This document shows, piece after piece, positions 18,658 through 28,882 of a stretch of 57,283 nucleotides of DNA (positions are counted from its first letter, which is position 1; each line of letters begins with the position of its first letter). The translations under genes and the position numbers were made by a program. This DNA is from a virus (taxonomy: Duplodnaviria > Caudoviricetes): positions 1 through 57,283 of the IMG/VR virus record IMGVR_UViG_3300034196_000024; one strand, given 5' to 3'. The notes under the pieces are model-generated. The model was not told where the DNA came from and ran no database searches. It saw nothing but the letters and a program-made list of their open reading frames with translations.

Positions 18658-19209
18658 ATGAGTCTCACAACTGAGTCCGACGCGCCGGTGGTCTTCGAGA
18701 TCGACGGTGTCGAGGTCAGCAACGATCCCCGCTGGCACGAGCAGCAGGAGCTCACCCGGCTCCAGGCGATCCTCACCGAGAACGCCAACCGCACGGTCAC
18801 CGAGCTCAAGGCCGCTGCCACTGCCGTCACGGATGCCGTCAAGGCGTCCAAGGATGGCCAGCACAAGGTGGTCGAGGACCTCACCCTCCTCACCGTTCCC
18901 GAGCTGAAGCAGATGGCCGAGGACCGCAAGCTCTCGCTCGAGGGCATCAAGAAGAAGAGCCAGCTCGTGGCGCTGCTCGAGGAGGACAACGCGCTTCGCG
19001 CCGGCTCTCTCCTGACGGGGCAGACCGCGGGTCGCATCCTCCCCGTGACCGACGCCCCGGTGACCGACGCCCCCGAGGGAGAGGCTCCTCAGGAGACCAC
19101 CCCCGAGGAGACCACGCCGGTCACTCCCGACTCGACGCTCGAGGACGATGAGGAGGAGGACTCCGACAACGAGGACTCTGACGAAGAGGACTCCGACGAG
19201 GAGAACTGA
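18658..19209 (+). CDS. Rho-N/HeH-like domain protein with acidic tail
   Basis: LTVPELKQMAEDRKLSLEGIKKKSQLVALL. Confidence 0.65.
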   Translation: MSLTTESDAPVVFEIDGVEVSNDPRWHEQQELTRLQAILTENANRTVTELKAAATAVTDAVKASKDGQHKVVEDLTLLTVPELKQMAEDRKLSLEGIKKKSQLVALLEEDNALRAGSLLTGQTAGRILPVTDAPVTDAPEGEAPQETTPEETTPVTPDSTLEDDEEEDSDNEDSDEEDSDEEN

Positions 19210-19538
19210 TGGCTCTCGAGACTGACATCACAAGCCTCCGGGCCATGGTGGGGGAACCCCTCGCCACGGACGTACTCGAAGAGGACACCCTGTTCACTGA
19301 CCTCCGGTTGGGTCAGATGATCGATGGAGCAGGTGGGAGTCTCGAGCGGGCGGCTTACGAAGCCTGGCGCGAGAAGGCAGGCTTGCTTGCCAGTCTCGTG
19401 AACGTGACCGAGGGTGCAGCATCCCGTGAGATGAGCGAGCTTCACAGCAAGGCTCTCGAGATGATCAAGCTCTACGCTCGGTCTTCCACCGGCCCTACCG
19501 AGGGTCGAACCCGGATCGGGAGGATCGTACGACGATGA
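19209..19538 (+). CDS. Head-to-tail adaptor
   Basis: LRAMVGE...LFTD; synteny. Confidence 0.65.
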   Translation: MALETDITSLRAMVGEPLATDVLEEDTLFTDLRLGQMIDGAGGSLERAAYEAWREKAGLLASLVNVTEGAASREMSELHSKALEMIKLYARSSTGPTEGRTRIGRIVRR

Positions 19539-19921
19539 TCAACAAGGTGGAGCTTATCGTTCGACGACGGTTGGTACGCGAGTTCATCAAGGCGGACTTC
19601 GTGGACGTTGAGCTCACCCGTCGTACCGGTCGTACGAAGACTGCGGGGGGAGGATGGACTACAGTTCCGGCTGTACCCCTCCCCCCGCAGATCGCCCGCA
19701 TCATCCCGAGTAAGCGGCGGTTTGATAACGGCTTGGTTAACGCCGAGGCCGGGGCCCTCCCCAAATCCGAGTACCTCCTGCTTGGTTCTCATCGGATGGA
19801 CGTCGAGGTTGACGACTCCTTCTTCTGGCAGGGGAACTACTACAAGATCACGGGCATCCTCCCGCACCGCGAGGAGAGGACGCTCTGCTCGATGTACTAC
19901 CTCGGGCCTGAAAATGGCTGA
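19535..19921 (+). CDS. Head-to-tail stopper
   Basis: Synteny; MDVEVDDSFFWQGNYYKI. Confidence 0.55.
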   Translation: MINKVELIVRRRLVREFIKADFVDVELTRRTGRTKTAGGGWTTVPAVPLPPQIARIIPSKRRFDNGLVNAEAGALPKSEYLLLGSHRMDVEVDDSFFWQGNYYKITGILPHREERTLCSMYYLGPENG

Positions 19922-20279
19922 CGAGAGTGACTTCATAGTAGAGGATGGCTTCGGAGCCCTGATCATGGGCACGATTGACCCGAGCCAGCAAGCTGAAGAT
20001 GTCTTCCTTCAGTACGCCATCATCATCCTCCAGTACGCCAAGGATAACGCCCCCTGGGCTGACCGAACGGGCGACGCTCGTAACGGGTTGGATGTCGATG
20101 TCTACCAAGAGGGAGATCAAGTAGTTCTTGAGCTTTACCACACCGTCTCATATGGTGAGTGGCTTGAGACTATCCAGGATGGGGCCTTCGCCACCATCAT
20201 GCCAACGCTTGAGCGCTTTGCCGCCGAGGTCTTCGAGGCTGCCGGCGGTACCGTAACCGACGTTGAGGAAGGGGGCTGA
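19914..20279 (+). CDS. HK97 gp10-like tail completion protein
   Basis: AKDNAPWADRTGDAR...YGEWLE. Confidence 0.7.
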   Translation: MADESDFIVEDGFGALIMGTIDPSQQAEDVFLQYAIIILQYAKDNAPWADRTGDARNGLDVDVYQEGDQVVLELYHTVSYGEWLETIQDGAFATIMPTLERFAAEVFEAAGGTVTDVEEGG

Positions 20280-20281
20280 GG

Positions 20282-20695
20282 GTGACTCTTCGTACTTACC
20301 TCTACAACCAGCTCACCGCGCCGGCGGAGGTTGAGCTTCGCGCGATCTTCGGTGATCGCATCTTCCCCAAGCGATCGATGACCTCAACAGTGGAGGAAAC
20401 TCCCTACCTGACCTTCAAGCTGGGGAATGATTCTTCAGTCGACCTCTCCGAGGAATCGACTGCCAACCAGCAGTACTTCCAGATCTGGGTACATGACTTC
20501 ACCGACACCAAGACTGCCGACTACACCCTGGTGGACGAGGGTCTCGCGGCAGTGAAAGCTCTTCTCCACGGCGCCTACTCGGGCCCGGACAACATCCTCA
20601 ACATCAAGTTCCTGGAGACTAGCCAGGACCTCAACGACGATACCCTCGGGACCGTCTTCCGCTATTCGCGCTACATCGCCACGCTAGGGAGCTGA
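20282..20695 (+). CDS. Tail terminator
   Basis: Synteny; RIFP...FQIWVHD. Confidence 0.6.
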   Translation: MTLRTYLYNQLTAPAEVELRAIFGDRIFPKRSMTSTVEETPYLTFKLGNDSSVDLSEESTANQQYFQIWVHDFTDTKTADYTLVDEGLAAVKALLHGAYSGPDNILNIKFLETSQDLNDDTLGTVFRYSRYIATLGS

Positions 20696-20698
20696 ACC

Positions 20699-21043
20699 AT
20701 GTTCGTCACTTTCACCGGGTTTGCTGACCACCGAACCCTCACCCCTCAGGACTTCCAGGCCCTGGGCACTTCCAACCCCTCGCAGATCGTCTTCCTCCGC
20801 AACGAGCCGGTCGAGGTGCCCGACGAGCTCGGTCAGCTGCTGGTCTCCGACCCCCGACTCGGTGGGTCCTTCGTGGCCTTCACCGCGCCTGCCTCGATCC
20901 CCGAGGGAGTGCAGCTGCCCGAGGGCCTCCTGACACCCGAGGGTCTCCTGCCGGCCCCCGAGCCCATCCCCGGTGTGGAGGCCCCCAAGGTGCTCGAGTC
21001 CGACCCCGAGGTCGAGCAGGTCAGGTCGAAGCGCAAGGCCTGA
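20699..21043 (+). CDS. Hypothetical protein
   Basis: 114 aa with PEG repeats. Confidence 0.6.
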   Translation: MFVTFTGFADHRTLTPQDFQALGTSNPSQIVFLRNEPVEVPDELGQLLVSDPRLGGSFVAFTAPASIPEGVQLPEGLLTPEGLLPAPEPIPGVEAPKVLESDPEVEQVRSKRKA

Positions 21044-21160
21044 TCGATCATCGATGCGTGCTGCCCCTCGCCGTCCTAACGGCTTCTCTAAGCGACCGGC
21101 ATGGGGTCAGCCGCATCATCAAGCATCGGGCGTTCTAGGACGCTCGAGGAAGCGCAGGGC
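21041..21160. repeat. Dispersed intergenic element, copy 2
   Basis: TGATCGATC leader, arm GCCGTCCTAACGGCTTCTCTAAGCGA, second arm CATCGGGCGTTCTAGGACGC. Confidence 0.65.
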
Positions 21161-21163
21161 AAT

Positions 21164-21355
21164 ATGGCCATAGAACTCCGGTGCGCTGGGACGCTGCACG
21201 GCATCCTGATCGATAGCACGCACCTCGAAGTCAAGTGCAAGCGGCGTGCCTGCGGTGCTCGTCCGGGGGTCGTGGTCCTCCACACCATCTCGCTCGAGAC
21301 GGGCAAGGTCACATCGACCGAGAAGTACTCAGACCCAGCAAGAAAGGTTCACTAA
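21164..21355 (+). CDS. Small zinc-ribbon protein (Com-like pattern)
   Basis: ELRC...LEVKCKRRAC. Confidence 0.5.
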   Translation: MAIELRCAGTLHGILIDSTHLEVKCKRRACGARPGVVVLHTISLETGKVTSTEKYSDPARKVH

Positions 21356-21906
21356 TGGCTCTCTCGTCCAGTGCCCTGCCCTTCGGTCTTCGGCAGGTCA
21401 AGCTCACCCCCATCCTCGACGATGGTTCTCTTTCCGGTACGGGGTCCGTACTCCTGCCGGCCTCCCGCACGTTCTCCTTCTCCGAGACGGAGGACTTCGA
21501 GGAGCTCCAGGGCGACGACACGACGGTCGCCTCGCACGGTGCCGGCCCGGTGGTCGAGTGGGACATGGAGGGTGGCGGTATCTCCCTCGCTGTCTGGCGA
21601 CTGCTCGCTGGCGGTACGGTCGCCGAGACCGGCATCTCGCCGGCTGGAGTCCGCACCTACTCGAAGCTGGCGACGGACGCCCGACCGTACTTCCAGGTCG
21701 AGGGCCGCGCGATCTCCGACTCCGGCGGCGACTTCCACGGCCTCGTCTACCGCTGCAAGGCGGACGGCGACCTCGAGGCGGAGCTCAGCAACGGGTCCTT
21801 CCTCCTCACCAAGGCCAGCGGCAAGGGGTACGGTCGCCTCGACAACGCCAAGCTCTACGACTTCATCCACAATGAGACGCCGGTCGCTCTGACCGCCGGC
21901 TCCTGA
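21355..21906 (+). CDS. Major tail protein
   Basis: LPFGLRQVKLTP...ELQGDD...RPYFQVEG; precedes chaperone and TMP. Confidence 0.8.
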   Translation: MALSSSALPFGLRQVKLTPILDDGSLSGTGSVLLPASRTFSFSETEDFEELQGDDTTVASHGAGPVVEWDMEGGGISLAVWRLLAGGTVAETGISPAGVRTYSKLATDARPYFQVEGRAISDSGGDFHGLVYRCKADGDLEAELSNGSFLLTKASGKGYGRLDNAKLYDFIHNETPVALTAGS

Positions 21907-22126
21907 CCTCATCCGGCTAGGTCCTCTCCTCACAAGGAATAACGAGGAAACGACCGGAGCAGCCAGATCACTCGTGCATGGTATCGCGGGCACGTTGCGT
22001 TTTGATTCGTTTGATAATACCCTTTACGGGTATATCAATCAGACGAACGAAACGAAACAAGCCCACGGTATCTTTGCACCAACGCAACAAACCAAACGAA
22101 AGACCCCGATCCCCAGGAGGACCACG

Positions 22127-22621
22127 ATGGGTAAGTCCGGAAACCCCGCCATTGCCGCCGTTGCTCGTGCCAGCGCACCGCAGGACTTCAAGAAGAAGAG
22201 GGCGGGCACTTTCGAGCTGCCCTCGGGTCTCTTCATGAAGCTCCGCAATCCAGGCGGCCTCAAGATCTTCCTGAGCGAGGGCATCATCCCTAACTCGCTC
22301 ATGAGCACTGTCCACAACGCTCTCGACGGCAAGAAGATGGACGCTGAAGAGATGCTGAACGAAGCCGGCGGAGTCGACGAGAGTCAGATCGCCGACATGA
22401 TGGCTCTCATGGACGCCATGATGGTCCGGTGCGCTATCGAACCCAAGGTCCACCCCGTTCCCGAGAACGAGGACGACAGAGACGACGAGCTGCTCTACGC
22501 CGATGAGCTCGACGACAACGACAAGATGTTCGTCTTCCAGTGGGTCACCGGGGGTACCACCGACCTCGAGCGATTTCGTGAGCAGCACACGAAGAACATG
22601 GCTGCTCTGGACCGAAGCTAG
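22127..22621 (+). CDS. Tail assembly chaperone (G-like)
   Basis: AGGAGG RBS; between major tail and tape measure. Confidence 0.75.
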   Translation: MGKSGNPAIAAVARASAPQDFKKKRAGTFELPSGLFMKLRNPGGLKIFLSEGIIPNSLMSTVHNALDGKKMDAEEMLNEAGGVDESQIADMMALMDAMMVRCAIEPKVHPVPENEDDRDDELLYADELDDNDKMFVFQWVTGGTTDLERFREQHTKNMAALDRS

Positions 22622-22865
22622 TCGCTGGAACTGCAGGGCCTCGGAGCTCCTCGGCTTGAAGTCGGGGAGCTACGAAGCGTATTGCCTCGACCAAGCCGTC
22701 GGCTATGTTGGGGCGGTTATTCAGAACGCCTTGGAAGAGGCTGGGTCTAAGCCCTCCAAGAGCGAGCGCAATGCACAAGCCGCAAGGGAAAAGGTACTGA
22801 AGAAGTACCTAGGCGATGAGTCAGAAACGACTGCCTACGCCGACCCTTCGGCTTTCTTCGGGTAA
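22575..22865 (+). CDS. Tail assembly chaperone extension (GT-like), reached by +1 frameshift
   Basis: Open +1 frame overlapping the chaperone 3' end; CGA TTT CGT at 22571-22579. Confidence 0.65.
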   Translation, partial: FVSSTRRTWLLWTEASRWNCRASELLGLKSGSYEAYCLDQAVGYVGAVIQNALEEAGSKPSKSERNAQAAREKVLKKYLGDESETTAYADPSAFFG

Positions 22866-22896
22866 CACCACACAACCCCGCGAGGAGGTGGCTTAG

Positions 22897-25755
22897 TTGG
22901 CTGGCACTCTTGGAACCATTCGTGGTCAGATGGTTCTTGATGTGAAGCAGGCTATCGCCAGTTATACGTCAGCTCGTCTCGCTCACCTTCAGACGGTTAC
23001 GGCGCTCAGGACTGGTGCCGGCGCCATGATTGCTTCTGGAGCAGGGATCGCGGCGGTAGGAGTCGCCATCCTCGCGGGGTTCAAGGTTGCGGCAGATGCT
23101 GCGGCGACCTTCGAGAGGAAGATGGACTATGTCGGGGCAGTCACTAATGCCACGGCATCTGAGATGGAGGCCCTTCGGACAAAGGCCATCCAGCTTGGTC
23201 AGGACACTATTTACTCGGCTGGCGAGATTGCCGACTCGTTCGTGGAGCTGGCTAAGTCCGGTGTTACGACTAAGGACATCATCGGTGGTATTGGCGAGGC
23301 TGTTACTAACCTCGGTGCAGCTGCAGATATCCCCCTAGATACTGCCTCCAACATCATCATGGCCGCGGTGCAGACGTTCCAGCTGGGTGCGGATCAGGCT
23401 GTTCACGTCGCTGACCTGCTGGCTGGTGCTGCCAATGCATCCATCGTTGATGTTGAGGACCTCGGAGTCTCTCTCAAGTATGTTGGTGGAGTTGCTTCAG
23501 CCCTCGGCATTCCCATCGAGAGTGTCACCGATGCCATTGCCCTGCTCGGTACTTACGGGATCAAGGGCTCTACTGCTGGTACTTCTCTTCGGCAGATGCT
23601 TGTTTCTCTGGGTGGTGCTACTGACCCGGCACGCAAGGCGCTTCGAGAGATGGGCATCATCACCGAGGATGGCGGCAACAAGTTCTTCACCGCCGAGGGT
23701 AAGGCCAAGTCCCTTGCAGAGATCTTCCAGGTTCTGCAGGATGCGACTGCTGGCTACACCGACAAGCAGAAGGTTGCGGCTTTCCGCACGATCTTCCAGA
23801 ACCGAGCCCTGGCTGCTGCCCTTGACCTGACCAAGGCTGGCGCGGCAGGGTTCGATGAGATGAACGCGGCCATCAGCAAGACTACCGCCGCGGATGTCGC
23901 TAGTAAGCGACTTGACAACCTCTCTGGTGACATTGAGATCCTCCGGGGGAACCTCGAGACACTCGCCATTGAGAATGGGTCGCAGCTGCAGGAGTTCCTT
24001 CGCAGCCTGGTGCAGAACATCACCTCGGTAGTGGGCTGGTTCGCTAACCTGAGTGCTGGTACCCAGGAAACCATTCTTAAGGTCCTCGGCGTGATCGCGG
24101 TTATCGCGCTGATCGTGGGCACCTTCGGCATCTTCGCCGGCATGATCATGAACATCATTGCCCTAGGACTCCAGCTGGCACCAGTCTTCAAGCTCATTGG
24201 TGCCGGGATCAAGGCAGTCACAGTCAGTACTTGGGCTTTCAACAGTGCCCTGCTGGCTAACCCCATCGCCTGGATCATCATCGCAATCGTGGCTCTTATC
24301 GCCATCTTCGTGCTGCTCTGGAAGAACAATGAGGGCTTCCGGAACTTCATGATCGGCATGTGGGATGCCATCGTAGCGGCTTTCCGTGCCGCGGTTGACT
24401 GGTTCCAGAGTCTCCCCGCCTGGTTCAGCTCGGTGTGGAACAGCATCACATCTGGGGTAAGTACGGCTTGGAACGGCATCATCGAGTTCTTCAAGTCGAT
24501 CCCTGGTATGATCCTGAGCTTCTTCTTGAACTGGACACTGCCAGGGCTCCTCATCAGTCACTGGTCAGAGATTCAGGCGATGGCGGTAACGGCCTGGAAC
24601 AACATCTTGACCTTCTTCCAGGAGCTGCCCGGGCGGATGGCGTCCTTCTTCGCCGAGCTGCCGGGGAGGATCGGGTACTGGATCGGGTTCATGATCGGTA
24701 CTGTGATCGGTCTGCTGATCGACTTCGGTACTGCGGCGATCGATCGTACTACCACCGCATGGAACAACATCGTCGACTTCTTCCAGGCGCTTCCTGAGCG
24801 TATCCTGACCTTCGTGCGCTTCCTGGTTGACCAGGCTATTACGCTCATCGTCAACTTCGTGACGTCCGCGGTGGCTAAGTGGATTGAGTTCCGCGACAAC
24901 ATGGTGGAGACGATCCGGGAGCTTCCTGGGAAGATCCTTAACTTCTTCATCGAGCTCTTCGTCAACGTGGTTAATAAGCTCTTGGAGCTTCGGGAAGCAG
25001 CTCGTACGAAGGCTCTTGAGATTGCCCAGGCCATCGTTCGAGAGATCGAGGCTCTACCTGGTAAGGTGCTCGGCTTCTTCAGTGACGTCTACACCTTCGT
25101 TACCGACAAGCTGGGGCAGGCTCGAGACCAGGCGAAGAGCCTGGGCACTGGCATCTACAACGGAGTTCGAGACGCTATCTTGGGTTTGCCTGACCTGGCT
25201 AAGGACATCTTCGACAAGGTGGTCAAGGCTATCAAGGGCCAGGTTACTAAGGCCTTCGACGCGGTTAAGGACTTCGCTAGTGGCCTCTGGGAGGGCTTCA
25301 AGGATGGGCTGGGTATTCACTCGCCCTCCTACATCGAGCGCGCCATGTGGCAGATCACCGATGTCGTGGGTACTGAGACCCAGAACATGAAGTCTCAGGT
25401 CCGTACCCTTCAGAACCTGGGGAATGGGATCGCTGACCTTGGCACGAACGTTGGTAGTGGGTTCGGCGATAACTTCGCCAAGGAGATCAACACCGTTACC
25501 AGCGAACTTGCGCGGGTCAAGGCCTACCAGGCTGAGCTGGCTAACCTCGGGGTGTCCTCGACTCTCGGGCTGAATGCCGCCAAGGCCACTGGGGTTACTT
25601 CCACACCGACCGTGCAGGTACAGGCTGGCGACACCATCACCCTCGACGTTGACTGGCACGCAGCGCCCAACGACACTATCTCTACGCAACAGCAGGCGCT
25701 CAGTTTGCTGGGGAAGGCTATAACCGTCGTGACCGATGAGGTGGTTACACCATGA
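22897..25755 (+). CDS. Tape measure protein (TP901-like core)
   Basis: 952 aa Ala/Gly-rich; GIKGSTAGTSLR, LDNLSGD, Trp repeats, LGIHSPS. Confidence 0.93.
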   Translation: MAGTLGTIRGQMVLDVKQAIASYTSARLAHLQTVTALRTGAGAMIASGAGIAAVGVAILAGFKVAADAAATFERKMDYVGAVTNATASEMEALRTKAIQLGQDTIYSAGEIADSFVELAKSGVTTKDIIGGIGEAVTNLGAAADIPLDTASNIIMAAVQTFQLGADQAVHVADLLAGAANASIVDVEDLGVSLKYVGGVASALGIPIESVTDAIALLGTYGIKGSTAGTSLRQMLVSLGGATDPARKALREMGIITEDGGNKFFTAEGKAKSLAEIFQVLQDATAGYTDKQKVAAFRTIFQNRALAAALDLTKAGAAGFDEMNAAISKTTAADVASKRLDNLSGDIEILRGNLETLAIENGSQLQEFLRSLVQNITSVVGWFANLSAGTQETILKVLGVIAVIALIVGTFGIFAGMIMNIIALGLQLAPVFKLIGAGIKAVTVSTWAFNSALLANPIAWIIIAIVALIAIFVLLWKNNEGFRNFMIGMWDAIVAAFRAAVDWFQSLPAWFSSVWNSITSGVSTAWNGIIEFFKSIPGMILSFFLNWTLPGLLISHWSEIQAMAVTAWNNILTFFQELPGRMASFFAELPGRIGYWIGFMIGTVIGLLIDFGTAAIDRTTTAWNNIVDFFQALPERILTFVRFLVDQAITLIVNFVTSAVAKWIEFRDNMVETIRELPGKILNFFIELFVNVVNKLLELREAARTKALEIAQAIVREIEALPGKVLGFFSDVYTFVTDKLGQARDQAKSLGTGIYNGVRDAILGLPDLAKDIFDKVVKAIKGQVTKAFDAVKDFASGLWEGFKDGLGIHSPSYIERAMWQITDVVGTETQNMKSQVRTLQNLGNGIADLGTNVGSGFGDNFAKEINTVTSELARVKAYQAELANLGVSSTLGLNAAKATGVTSTPTVQVQAGDTITLDVDWHAAPNDTISTQQQALSLLGKAITVVTDEVVTP

Positions 25756-27266
25756 GCGCCGATCAGATCCTGACTTTGTCTAACCAGTTCGACACCATCG
25801 ACCTCTACACCTGGCTCAACCAGGGTGAGGGGGGCGAAGGTCTTGAAGCCTTGGGAGGAATCCTGGGGTTTGGGATGACGGGTCAGAAGAATCACTGGAG
25901 TGAGGGAGCGGGACATGGGGCTCTCTACCGAGGGTCTCGTATCCTCCCCCGAGAGATGAGCATCCCCCTTCGTGCTCAGGCGCGAGACAGGGGGAAGCTC
26001 AACGAGGTTCTCTCTCGGATGTCCTCCATGTTCCTGCCTGACAACGGCCTGGTTCGACTTACTTATGGCCTTCCCGGCGGTGAGACCTGGTACTGCGATG
26101 TTATCCGAGAGGGTGGTGGAGACTTCGCTCGTCGTAGTAAGGACTCCAATAACCGCACCTGGTACAAGGCCACCGTCCTACTGAAGGCCGGCGACCCCTT
26201 CTGGTCGAGGAACACTCCCGGAGTTCTGGTAGTGACTCAGGACACCTCGGGCCGTGGTCTGCTGCCGATGCTCGCTGAGCTTCAGCTCTCGTTTACTCGG
26301 GCCTTCGGTAGTATCACCATCACGAACCCCGGCAACGTGGTCTCGCCGCTCGAGTGGGAAGCCAACGGCCCCTTCACCGAGCTCATTCTCACCGGCTCGA
26401 ATGGCGAGGTCTTGCACTGGATTGGGGAGATCGATGCTGGAGAGGGTCTCAGGATTCGTCGAGGGCGAGTCTTGGACTTCACTGGGGCGAACCGATACGA
26501 CGGCCTCCAGCCCTCTCCCAAGTTCTGGGGCATTGCTCCTGGAGTCTCGCAGATCACAGTGCAGGCCGAGGGTACTTCACTTGGTGCCCTTACTCCCATC
26601 GGCCCTACTCTCAGGACAAACCTGGCAGAGAACCCCTCTTCGGACACGGCTACTAACTCGTTCAACGACCCGGCGTTCGGAACTGAGTCGACTACTCGAG
26701 AAGCTACCCTGGGTTACTCGGGTATCGGGTTTACTCGCATGCTCTGGAGTGCCCCCAGTACTACAACGGCCAGTGGAGTTCAGCTCTCCGGTGGTGCTCG
26801 TAGTATTGGGAATGCCTCGCTTACGGTGCTTGCCGGAGATCACTACTCGTTCTCTGCCTACGTCCGCTGCAACCGGGCTCGCACGCTTCGGCCCGTCATC
26901 ATGCACTCAAGCAGCCCGACGGTCTATGGGCCGGTAGTCAACATCCCAGCTAATACCTGGGTTCGTATGGCCATCGAAGAGACCATGACCGCCAATGACA
27001 CCGCAGTGGGGCTGGCGATCTATGCAGCCGCGGGCAGCCCTTCGCCCACCTGGTCTGCCGGAGACACTCTCGACATCGACGCAGTTCTTATCGAACAGGG
27101 TCCTCTGGGGTCGTTCTTCGATGGAAACTCCCTGCGATCTGAGGCCGGCTGGTACGATTGGGTGGGAACTGCGGGCAACAGCCAGTCGTTCTCACGAGCT
27201 GCTGAGTTCCAGGGGGTCTCTTCAGTCATTGGTCGCTGGCGGCCGCAACGATGGGCGGTGGTCTGA
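25752..27266 (+). CDS. Distal tail protein with inserted carbohydrate-binding module
   Basis: LKAGDPFW, ITNPGNV; RTNLAENPS...YSFSAYVR...DAVLIEQG...FFDG. Confidence 0.75.
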   Translation: MSADQILTLSNQFDTIDLYTWLNQGEGGEGLEALGGILGFGMTGQKNHWSEGAGHGALYRGSRILPREMSIPLRAQARDRGKLNEVLSRMSSMFLPDNGLVRLTYGLPGGETWYCDVIREGGGDFARRSKDSNNRTWYKATVLLKAGDPFWSRNTPGVLVVTQDTSGRGLLPMLAELQLSFTRAFGSITITNPGNVVSPLEWEANGPFTELILTGSNGEVLHWIGEIDAGEGLRIRRGRVLDFTGANRYDGLQPSPKFWGIAPGVSQITVQAEGTSLGALTPIGPTLRTNLAENPSSDTATNSFNDPAFGTESTTREATLGYSGIGFTRMLWSAPSTTTASGVQLSGGARSIGNASLTVLAGDHYSFSAYVRCNRARTLRPVIMHSSSPTVYGPVVNIPANTWVRMAIEETMTANDTAVGLAIYAAAGSPSPTWSAGDTLDIDAVLIEQGPLGSFFDGNSLRSEAGWYDWVGTAGNSQSFSRAAEFQGVSSVIGRWRPQRWAVV

Positions 27267-28837
27267 TGCTACTCGGTGACATCAATGTTGAGGTTCGCGA
27301 CAAGTCGCTGAAGATCCTGGGCCAGATCGAGCCCAAGTACTTGGACATCCAGGCGGTTCGTCGGCACCTCAAGGTTGGTAGCTGGAAGCTGAAGCTGCCC
27401 CAGGAACATGAGCTGGCCGGCGAGCTCTGGAAGCCCGGATCGGGCATCATCATCCGCCTCCGCGATCAGCCCTGGATGTCTGGCCCTACGGATCGCCCCA
27501 AGGAGGAAGCCTCCAAGGACGACCCCACGGGCACCCTCACCTTCTCTGGTGTGGACGATAACATCCTGCTCGACGACGCTCGGGCTTGGCCATCTCCTGC
27601 CCAAGGGAACATCGCGCTTCAGACGGCCTCGAATGACACTCGGTCGGGGCTTTCCGAGACGCTGATGAAGCAGTATGTCAGTGCCAACATCGGGCCTGCT
27701 GCACCTACCTCCCGACGCGGGCTGTTCGCTCAGAAGCTCATCATCCAGGCTGACAGCCACCGCGGACCCACCATCACGAAGAGCCCCCGGTTCCAGAAGC
27801 TCATCGAGCTCTTGGCTGAGATCGGGGTGTACTCTAGCCTTGGGTTTCGGGTCATTCAGGTGGGCGAGCTTCTTGAGTTCCAGGTGTACGACGTTACAGA
27901 CCGTCGACCTTTTGTTCGCTTCGACATCGAGAACGGCTCTCTTGAGAGTGAGTCGATCGAGGTTAGCCCCCCCTCCCTTACTCGAGCCCTTGTTGCGGGT
28001 CAGGAGAAGGGGGTAGATCGACAGCTCCTTCAGCGAACGACTACCGTCTCACTTGCGGCCGAGCTGGCTTGGGGACGACAGATCGAGATGTTCATCGATC
28101 AGCGGCAGACGGCGGATGTTCCCGAGCTTGAGCAGGCGGGTGATGGGAAGCTGGCCGAGGGCGGCTTTACTGCTACTGCGGTGAAGGCTATCCCCTCCGA
28201 CGATGAGTCTCGAGAGTACCTCCTGGACTGGTTCGAGGGCGACCAGGTTATGGTGGTAGTCAACGGCCAGGAGGCGGCAAGTACCATCACAGAGGCCTCA
28301 TTCGTCGCATCGAGTGAGGGCATCGCGATCGCTGCTGCTCTGGGAGACGTCACGGGCTTCAAGGCCGATTCCGCACTCGGTGCACGGGTCGATGATACGC
28401 AACGTCGAGTGGAAGCCCTGGAGCGCAATACAGGTACCGACCTCTCGATGTCCTACGACCAGATGAGGGGGGCATCTTCAGTTAACTCAGGGGCTCTTGG
28501 GCCTGGGGTTAGCATCTGGTCTCATGCCTTCCCCAGCCTCCCTATGAAGACTAAGGTCTTCGTAAAGGCCCTGGGTCATGCGGGGTACCCGGCTACTGCT
28601 CTTCAGCTAATGATGTCGGGAACTGCTCCGGGGGGCACCATCACCGAAAACTCATCTCCCCAGTTCATGGGGTGCGCAGCTGCCAGTTGGATCTCTGCAG
28701 CGGAGGGGTTTGCTTTTACCATCCCCGAAGATACTGCGGTAACAGGCTCATTCATCTCAGACCATACCGGAGGAACTACTTATCCGGTCTACTGGCGGCT
28801 CTTTGTTGAGTGGGAGCGAGTCTCCTGGCCGTCCTAG
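27266..28837 (+). CDS. Minor tail/baseplate hub protein (ReqiPepy6 Gp37-like)
   Basis: VGSWKLKLP, TRALVAGQ, YLLDWFEGDQV. Confidence 0.75.
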   Translation: MLLGDINVEVRDKSLKILGQIEPKYLDIQAVRRHLKVGSWKLKLPQEHELAGELWKPGSGIIIRLRDQPWMSGPTDRPKEEASKDDPTGTLTFSGVDDNILLDDARAWPSPAQGNIALQTASNDTRSGLSETLMKQYVSANIGPAAPTSRRGLFAQKLIIQADSHRGPTITKSPRFQKLIELLAEIGVYSSLGFRVIQVGELLEFQVYDVTDRRPFVRFDIENGSLESESIEVSPPSLTRALVAGQEKGVDRQLLQRTTTVSLAAELAWGRQIEMFIDQRQTADVPELEQAGDGKLAEGGFTATAVKAIPSDDESREYLLDWFEGDQVMVVVNGQEAASTITEASFVASSEGIAIAAALGDVTGFKADSALGARVDDTQRRVEALERNTGTDLSMSYDQMRGASSVNSGALGPGVSIWSHAFPSLPMKTKVFVKALGHAGYPATALQLMMSGTAPGGTITENSSPQFMGCAAASWISAAEGFAFTIPEDTAVTGSFISDHTGGTTYPVYWRLFVEWERVSWPS

Positions 28838-28882
28838 TTCAACAACCCCTTCCAGTCACCGCTTAAGTCAGGAGTCCACACC

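Noticed and set aside
22786-22792. GGGAAAA as the -1 slippery site of the tail chaperone
   Set aside because: It lies downstream of the first ORF's stop (22621) and the frames are related by +1
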